Assembly: GCA_964019425.1 (NCBI GenBank)
Contig: OZ025783.1
Span: forward strand, 992,001-1,056,000
Direction: 5' to 3'
Origin: Flectonema sp. DT1601
Taxonomy: Eukaryota
Length of the DNA: 64,000 bases
Shown here one piece after another: positions 57,414 to 64,000 of this stretch. The notes beneath the pieces were generated by a model. The model worked only from the letters and a program-made list of their open reading frames with translations, was not told where the DNA came from and ran no database searches. The stretch's first letter is position 1; the number at the start of each line of letters is the position of its first letter. The translations under genes were made by a program, and so were the position numbers.

Positions 57414-58259
57414 TTCTATTCCCTGCTGCTGTGACCTTTTCCACTAATAGATAACTGATGAGAGACGTTAACAACGACTTCTTCAGTTTATTAGCACTGT
57501 AGACCTGCTTGCTAATGAATCTCACTAGCTTTCAAGTAAAACTCCATAAGCTTATTGTCACTTAAAGAATTAATTAAATAAAGTAAAAGAATAATAGTGT
57601 GAAGACAATACATATCTAATCATGTGATCTACGTTAGATTTCTGTCTGTGAAGTTAAAAAGACGATGATAATACCTAACACTCATTTTCAGAGAGCGGTC
57701 CTACAGAACCACTTGAAGAAAAAAAAGAAGAAAAAAACTAAAACTTTTGTCTAAAGAAACTTATTCATGTTTTCTAAATAATACAAAAAGAAACCATGAT
57801 TCATTCTCGGTTTTCGTTCTTCACGTGCAAACAGAAACTAACTTAATACTCAAATAGAAAGAAGGCAACAGAAGAATTGAAAGCAAAACGCCTACAAAAA
57901 AGAAATTTTCGTTCTCACAATAACAACAACACTAAACAAGGTTATACTTACATAGGATATTAAAGGAAAAAATACCAACTAAAGGTAAAGAACTCTACTC
58001 TCTACAGGGCAACCAGGAAAAGGTAGTTTCTTTGCATGATTGGTGAGAAAGTAACCTACCTGGGAATCTCTTTGATGCACTTGTCTTCGTTGTTTGTTCA
58101 GCTGGTCTTGCGCTAATATTGGGATTGGGGAAATATTATAATGGCTTTAAGAAAAACCTTTCCCCCGTCAGTCAATAAGAGTAGACCAGAATCGTAGTGT
58201 TACTACGAGTGCTATTAATTAGTAGTCAAGTACAGGTACAGTTAATGTATTATATTATA

Positions 58260-60137
58260 TTATCCTATAATAAATTCAATATCCTCATCGCTGCTGTCTT
58301 CAGGAATTAAAGATCTTCGGAACCTCTTTCTATCTGGTCTGATGACGGGTTCGTTTTCTACGTCATCATCAGTCTCATCATCTTCCTCCTCAGCTAGTCT
58401 TGCGGCTTCCTCTTGTTCTCGTCTTTGTTTTGCAAGTTTCTTGTCTTCCTGTCGCTTGGCTTCGGCTGCAGCTTGCTCTCGTTCCCTGGCCTCCGCTTGA
58501 GCTTCCTGTCGCATTACTTTTTTTTCGTATGTATTAAGTTTTATAAAAGCAAACTTCTTATCATCAGCAGAGAGCTTTGATCTCCTAATCTTATGAACTG
58601 TCGGTTCGTGTTTCCAAGTGCAATATGGATCAGCGTCGTTGAATAAAGTCTCAAGCCAATGACAAGTTGCACAGAATGGACATTGAGGAGAACCATGATG
58701 TTTTGGGTTTCCATAAGTATCATGAAAAGTACTTCTACAAGGGTACTTGAAACGAATATCAGGTTTTGGTGAGAATAACGGATTTGATGTAGTAGTGCGT
58801 CTCATTCGTGCATTAATCAAAATCTGTTCAGTTGAAGAAGCAGACGTTGCGACTACTTCTTGAACTGGATCCTTTGTAGATGTTGTTGTTGTATTCTTTT
58901 CTTGTTTTATAACAACATTCTTTTCCGGAGTATTTGGTCCTACATCGTCAACATCAATAACTGCAGGTTTTTCAGGTTGCTCAGGTTTTAATGATTTCTT
59001 TACTACGACCGGTGTTTTGTTGTTTGTGAACGCTCGTTTTTGAGCTTCCATTTTATGGCGTTTGGCATCTGCTTCTTTGTTTTCGGCGGCAATTCTCGTC
59101 TGTTGAGCTTCTTCAATGTTTCTTCTAAAATAGTTATTTGGTAATTGAATAATTCTACTGACTGGATCAAATGGATAAACTTCAATTGCTTGTCTTGTCC
59201 AGACGTAATCAATAACATTCTGTCGTTCAGCTTCTCCAGGAGGCATTTTCGTAGTAGAAATGAGTTGTCTGATTGAAGTATCTACAAAATCAATATCGTC
59301 AAGAACAACTACTTGTTTACCTTGAGCTAGTAACCTTGACTCCTCGTGAAGCATGTTTCTGTCACAAACTCCGTAACTTACTTGTCTGGTCTTGTCAACT
59401 ACGAGGATCGCTTTTAAGAAATCGATATCGTTCCATTCTATTTCTTTATCCATTGGAGGTTTACTTAGTAAACTACTGTGAACAACACATCGACCACCAG
59501 ATAAAAGTGGAAGAATTGTCTTTGGAACAGATGCAAAGACGTATCCGGTTCGTTTTTCTGATGTCGGAGTTCGCGGGGGTTCCAATTCACAATCCCGTCT
59601 TGAAGGAGGTGGTGGAGGTTGCTCAATGAGTTCCTCAAAGCAGGCTGTGATTACAGTGCTGTACTCATCGTTGAGGATCTTAAACTTTGAGGTGTTTATT
59701 CTATCAATGAATTGCTGTTCTCGTTTTTTTAGTTCTTCAATTTTGCGAAGGTCCTCCGACCTCCCACCAGTGAGTAGATCCTGAGATAGCTCCGCCTGTT
59801 GGGAACATTCTGTTTCTTGAGTTTCAGTTACTGTGACAGGTTCCTCAATCTGTGGTGGTGGTCGTGGTGGAGGTGGAGGTGGTACTTCCGTTGGCGAGTA
59901 TTTCCCAACCTCTCCCGGTACTCTAATCTCACTGGGCGATATTAAAGCTGGTGAACGACTTTCAATACTCGGTCTGGTGTCCCTCTCACTGGTAGTGTCT
60001 TCTTTCTCTTTTTCCTTCATATCCGATTCAAAATGCTCCATTAAATACCCTCCATTTGGTTGATCCTTTCCCTCGCGGACACCAGCCAACAGGTCTAACG
60101 AGAGTCGCGGTTCTGCTTCTCCCTGAGTTTGCGACAT
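58260..60137 (-). CDS. Hypothetical, probably nuclear protein, 625 aa, with a Cys/His cluster and acidic/basic tail
   Basis: Long ORF; C..H..HH..CPFCATCHW..C..H cluster; PDRKRFRR NLS-like motif. Confidence 0.8.
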   Translation of the reverse strand: MSQTQGEAEPRLSLDLLAGVREGKDQPNGGYLMEHFESDMKEKEKEDTTSERDTRPSIESRSPALISPSEIRVPGEVGKYSPTEVPPPPPPRPPPQIEEPVTVTETQETECSQQAELSQDLLTGGRSEDLRKIEELKKREQQFIDRINTSKFKILNDEYSTVITACFEELIEQPPPPPSRRDCELEPPRTPTSEKRTGYVFASVPKTILPLLSGGRCVVHSSLLSKPPMDKEIEWNDIDFLKAILVVDKTRQVSYGVCDRNMLHEESRLLAQGKQVVVLDDIDFVDTSIRQLISTTKMPPGEAERQNVIDYVWTRQAIEVYPFDPVSRIIQLPNNYFRRNIEEAQQTRIAAENKEADAKRHKMEAQKRAFTNNKTPVVVKKSLKPEQPEKPAVIDVDDVGPNTPEKNVVIKQEKNTTTTSTKDPVQEVVATSASSTEQILINARMRRTTTSNPLFSPKPDIRFKYPCRSTFHDTYGNPKHHGSPQCPFCATCHWLETLFNDADPYCTWKHEPTVHKIRRSKLSADDKKFAFIKLNTYEKKVMRQEAQAEAREREQAAAEAKRQEDKKLAKQRREQEEAARLAEEEDDETDDDVENEPVIRPDRKRFRRSLIPEDSSDEDIEFIIG

Positions 60138-60348
60138 CTGCTACTCCTGCTTAAAGATTTAAAATAATAAAAGAAGAATATCAAAACATTATTCAAATAG
60201 AACTCTCGAAGTAGACTGCTAGCCACTCCATGGATTGATCTGTTTAAAATAATTAATCTACAATTTGATAATACTCACAGTTAGACAAAACTAAATAACT
60301 TATACAAGATTAAGGTTACAGGTGGTTGTGCATAGAACATACGTGGTA

Positions 60349-62343
60349 CTATCGATTAGTGTAGGCATCTGGGAATGCCTCAGCTTCTTCCTGGATTGGA
60401 ATTTCTTCGGATAGTTGGGTTATTTTTAACATTACAGTAGCGGCACACTCTCTTAAATACATTAATTGTTTTCTTTTTTTATTGAGAGATTCGGACCCAA
60501 GTGTGTTTCTGGCTGTTGCGAGACGAGAACTGCTGTTCAGAAGACGAGAAACATAGGCTGGGCAACCAGCAGTTTGATTTATGATTGTAACAGGAATTGG
60601 GTCCTCAAGATGAGAGAGATGCGCAGGCTTGACGGTGCCCTCAGTTGGGATTAATATCCAATCAACCAACCGTATGGTTGAATCGGAATCTAGAAGTGAT
60701 ACTACACCACTGTTGGTGTTGTCAATGTTGTTTAGTACAGCAGAAAGGACTACGTTGTGATTTTCTATTGCCTTTCCTTCAAATAAAAAGCTGCAGTTAC
60801 CTTCACTCAGGATATCAATTCCTCGATACAAATATATCAAATCTCTTTTACCGATTGCCTCAGTAAATACTTTTGGTATCAAGAGCATCATTTTTAGTAA
60901 TTCTGATGTCTTTCGTTTATGAAATGCAACTTGTATTCTTTTACCTAAATCTTTCCAGTAACCTACAGAATCAGAAATAAATAAATCAGGTACAACCGGT
61001 AGGTGTAGTTGTGTTGTTAGTTTCTTCCAATAAGTGCTGATGATTGCCTTCTTGTTTCTGATGTTTGGGTTGAGCATACAAAACACATCAGTAACATGTT
61101 GTACATAATTACAGTATAACTTACTGAGTTCAACATTTGTATGAAATGGAGGAAGTACCTGCAACCAATCGATTGGAATTACAGAAACAGTTGATCGCTC
61201 TCTTGGAAAACACATCCGTCTCGCTATCAGTTCAGTGACGCTGCATAGCATTTCATCAGTTCCTGATTTGTGAGGACCTTGTAGAGCAATCTTAAGATGT
61301 CGAGGAGGTGTATTGGGAGTCATGTCATTGAGGATATGAAGAACCTTTTCATCACAAGCCTGCCTTATAAAGTCTTCCTTCGCAGGTTGGGCACCCATAG
61401 ACCTCAGAATCTCACTCAAGTTGTGACTAAACTCAGCGTTTGTTGCCGACACCGCATTAGTATAGCGACTCGCAGCTTTTGTTGTCAGCTGTTCGCTTTG
61501 AAGTATTTCATCAAACAACGATGCATAGAACGGTCCAAGACATTGTAAAGGAAGAAGAGCATCTTCGATGTTAAACTTTCCATCAGCATCTGGTTGTTGT
61601 TGCTGTTCTCGTGCTGCTCTAATTTGAATTTTTCTCGGAGGAGTATCAGCAGCAATATTACTCTTTCTTACAGAAGGGGAGTTGCCAACAGAGGCAGTTG
61701 GTTTTGGGGATCTCGTTCTAGTCTTTGTCGGAGATACTAATCTGGAGTCAGATATCGTTATCGGATATGGTGAAGTCCCTCGAGGAGTAGTATCATCATC
61801 ATCATCATCATCGTCTGATATAATAAAGGTTTGAGTTTGTGGAAGTGTTCCGTCCATAGACTCATTAATAGGTGCTATTGGAGATAGCCTTGGATGAGCT
61901 GTATAAGGTGCTGCTCTCCGTACTGCTGATGCTGTTATTGTTGGAGAGATTGGAGGACTTGGTGAAATCTTCGGAGGTGTTGCCAGTTCTCTCCCCCCAC
62001 TCAGCGGAGATGGAATTCCAGCCAACACCGTCCTCCTGGGTGATGGCGATCTTGATAGTGTCGAAGATGTTGAGAAACCTTCTTTAAGATCATCATAATG
62101 GAATAGCTGAAGTGCATCTCTCGGTCCTGGAGGTGATCTCAATCGAGGACCTGGAGGAGGATTTGGTTTCGGTGACAGTCTGCGACCAGCATTTGTTTCT
62201 GCTGAATATGGTGTTTCCATAAACAACGTTCTCTCCACTCCATTCTCTGAATCCTCGCGTATCTTCTTCAGCAATGATTCTATCTCCTCCGCTTTCTCTC
62301 TTTCTTTCGCTAAGTTATAGCGTAGCACTGCAGCTTCCTCCAT
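60349..62343 (-). CDS. Hypothetical protein, 664 aa: SP-rich disordered N-half and possible degenerate P-loop domain
   Basis: Long ORF; IALQGPHKSGT resembles a Walker A motif lacking the catalytic Lys. Confidence 0.78.
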   Translation of the reverse strand: MEEAAVLRYNLAKEREKAEEIESLLKKIREDSENGVERTLFMETPYSAETNAGRRLSPKPNPPPGPRLRSPPGPRDALQLFHYDDLKEGFSTSSTLSRSPSPRRTVLAGIPSPLSGGRELATPPKISPSPPISPTITASAVRRAAPYTAHPRLSPIAPINESMDGTLPQTQTFIISDDDDDDDDTTPRGTSPYPITISDSRLVSPTKTRTRSPKPTASVGNSPSVRKSNIAADTPPRKIQIRAAREQQQQPDADGKFNIEDALLPLQCLGPFYASLFDEILQSEQLTTKAASRYTNAVSATNAEFSHNLSEILRSMGAQPAKEDFIRQACDEKVLHILNDMTPNTPPRHLKIALQGPHKSGTDEMLCSVTELIARRMCFPRERSTVSVIPIDWLQVLPPFHTNVELSKLYCNYVQHVTDVFCMLNPNIRNKKAIISTYWKKLTTQLHLPVVPDLFISDSVGYWKDLGKRIQVAFHKRKTSELLKMMLLIPKVFTEAIGKRDLIYLYRGIDILSEGNCSFLFEGKAIENHNVVLSAVLNNIDNTNSGVVSLLDSDSTIRLVDWILIPTEGTVKPAHLSHLEDPIPVTIINQTAGCPAYVSRLLNSSSRLATARNTLGSESLNKKRKQLMYLRECAATVMLKITQLSEEIPIQEEAEAFPDAYTNR

Positions 62344-62825
62344 CTGCTGTGTACTGGATAAGAAGATTTAGTTTATTAATCTCAAAAACTAAACAGTGAA
62401 TTGAACCCTCCCCACAGTCCATGTGGATGCTGTTTGAGAACATTATAAGACTTTCATCACAAGATACGTAAAGAACGATTTAAACAGTTGGTCGTTAGAG
62501 AGTTCTTTGACTCTCTTTTTCTTTCGGATCTATTTTCTTTCTTCTAAATCATATTCCGAACTGTCAAGGATTCTCCAGAAGAACAATAGGAAAACATAAA
62601 TTATTATAAATAATTATCAAGTGGGATATACATGACCTCTATCATGTATGTGTTGTTAGTTTTTTTTCTTAGAAATCTCATAAGGATTACATTTGGTACA
62701 ACAGATTCCTCAATAAAAAGAAATTAATTCGAATCATATAAGCATACTACAAGTACTAATGTATTAGTAGTACCATCGCTGTAATATCAAAATAGTGGAA
62801 CTCAGGCAAGAGGAAAACGTTAAGA

Positions 62826-63416
62826 TTAGTGATAAATTGGATCTTCAAACAGAGCGAGGTCTGCAATAGCACCTGCCCATTGAGCTGGTTTCCATCTGCC
62901 AAGTTGGCCGATAGTTTCAATGCCAAACCTTTTGAAGTCTTCATTAACACGAGGACCTACTGCTACTAGTGATGCTAGAGGTTCATTACATAAAGATCGA
63001 AGACTCTTAGTCTCGTGTTGCATATCAACAGCTCTGATTAGATTCATCGTTGATTCTTCACTTCCTCCTGATGTTCGTTCTGTTTGAGCCATAATACTTA
63101 TGGAATGAGCTAATTTATAAACTTCCCACCTCGCTAAGTCTTCAACTGTTGCTATGCCATACCTTCTAAGAACATCGCAATCAGATTCATCAATTCCGGT
63201 TAGTATACTCGGCTTGTGTCGTAGTAGTGAATGGAAATTAGCTTTCTTCCCTCCCTTCTGCAGAGCATCCGAAATATTCAACTTCGTTGCGGAATAATCA
63301 ACAGAGACTCGAGGTTCTGCTGTGCTAATTGATACTCGTTGTGACCTCGGTGTCTTGGGGGTCCTGTCTCCACCAAAGTCTCGCATTCGTTTGTCCTTTC
63401 CTCCTCCGGACTGCAT
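62826..63416 (-). CDS. Protein with two tandem ~70-aa helix-hairpin-helix-like domains of unknown function
   Basis: Internal repeat LNISDAL..LTGIDESDCDVLRRYGIATVEDLARW..AHSISIMA / MNLIRAV..LVAVGPRVNEDFKRFGIETIGQLGRW..AGAIADLA. Confidence 0.8.
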   Translation of the reverse strand: MQSGGGKDKRMRDFGGDRTPKTPRSQRVSISTAEPRVSVDYSATKLNISDALQKGGKKANFHSLLRHKPSILTGIDESDCDVLRRYGIATVEDLARWEVYKLAHSISIMAQTERTSGGSEESTMNLIRAVDMQHETKSLRSLCNEPLASLVAVGPRVNEDFKRFGIETIGQLGRWKPAQWAGAIADLALFEDPIYH

Positions 63417-63441
63417 GTTTACTACTTTAGCTTCCTTAGAA

Positions 63442-63475
63442 CTGTTAAATAAATAAAATAATGAACAATACTCAC
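63442..63475 (-). other. Candidate 5'-UTR mini-intron (34 nt, GTGAGT..AACAG)
   Basis: Consensus donor; acceptor 26 nt upstream of the ATG. Confidence 0.55.
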
Positions 63476-64000
63476 ATTTGGTCTTACACAGAAATCACAA
63501 ATTGTTTGACTTTTCCTATTCCAGCGTATTCTAAGGCAACAAGTAACCTTCCGAAATCCCTTTTTACTGTTCAGTGCTTCAGTTGCTCACGAGTACATTA
63601 TTGACTGACTCTGATATAAATGAGATGTACACAGAAATCATACTTTCACAACACGGTAACCAGAATCACGTGGGATTGGGAAGGCGTGGGGGTGGTGAGG
63701 GTGGTGAGCAGTCTTTACAAACGGCTCATTTTCAACGAAGCGAATAAGTTACTGGCAAGTAGCCAAACAAGCAGCACGGCGAGCGATTATCAAGAAAAGA
63801 AAAGAAAAGGAAAAACCAGAAGAAACACAACAATAGACAACATACAAAAAAAAAAAAAGAAAATGAATAACGGGTGGCTAAAGAAAGAAGCATTGCAGGG
63901 GGAACACGACTTGTTCGGCCTCTTTTAATCGGAAAAAAAAGGGGGTGAAACTTCGACTATCAGATTATCGTCCCATTCCCTGTAGTCCGTTACAACTTAC

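Noticed and set aside
1..64000. CRISPR arrays, prokaryotic defence operons, rRNA or tRNA genes
   Set aside because: None seen; the only RT is a LINE-type enzyme with RNase H, not a retron, DGR or group II intron RT.

Overview
Eukaryotic, AT-rich (my estimate ~37-40% GC), gene-dense DNA. All ~19 host genes lie head-to-tail on the minus strand, as in a euglenozoan directional gene cluster. Kinetoplastid-like protein signatures (TPI N-terminus AANWKCNG, a multi-CCCH family, an MLRR- mitochondrial presequence) together with frequent GT-AG cis-introns suggest a diplonemid-like protist; this is inference. In transcription order (right to left): tandem HhH-repeat protein, three hypotheticals, a PPR-like mitochondrial protein, a CCCH RNA-binding protein, Vps23/TSG101 with repeats and a CUE domain, a multi-TM receptor fused to a PH+AGC kinase, TFIP11, a hypothetical, a LisH-bearing MAPKK, TPI, a Gly/Cys-rich membrane protein, a kinesin-WD40, a KIF12-like kinesin, a CUE/Yvh1-zinc-domain protein, acid ceramidase, a PfkB kinase and a >4,380-aa axonemal dynein heavy chain that runs off the left edge. 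Most of the dynein is missing from the ORF track, apparently because its frame has no stop in the window. The only plus-strand coding sequence is a decayed RT-RNase H non-LTR retrotransposon inside the MAPKK intron. Main observations: (1) recurring 33-56 nt candidate mini-introns just upstream of most start codons; (2) coding introns that all begin GTATGY and end in A/C-rich rather than U-rich tracts; (3) a receptor-type PH-AGC kinase fusion; (4) several unusual domain accretions. All splice models were read by eye and need RNA data.
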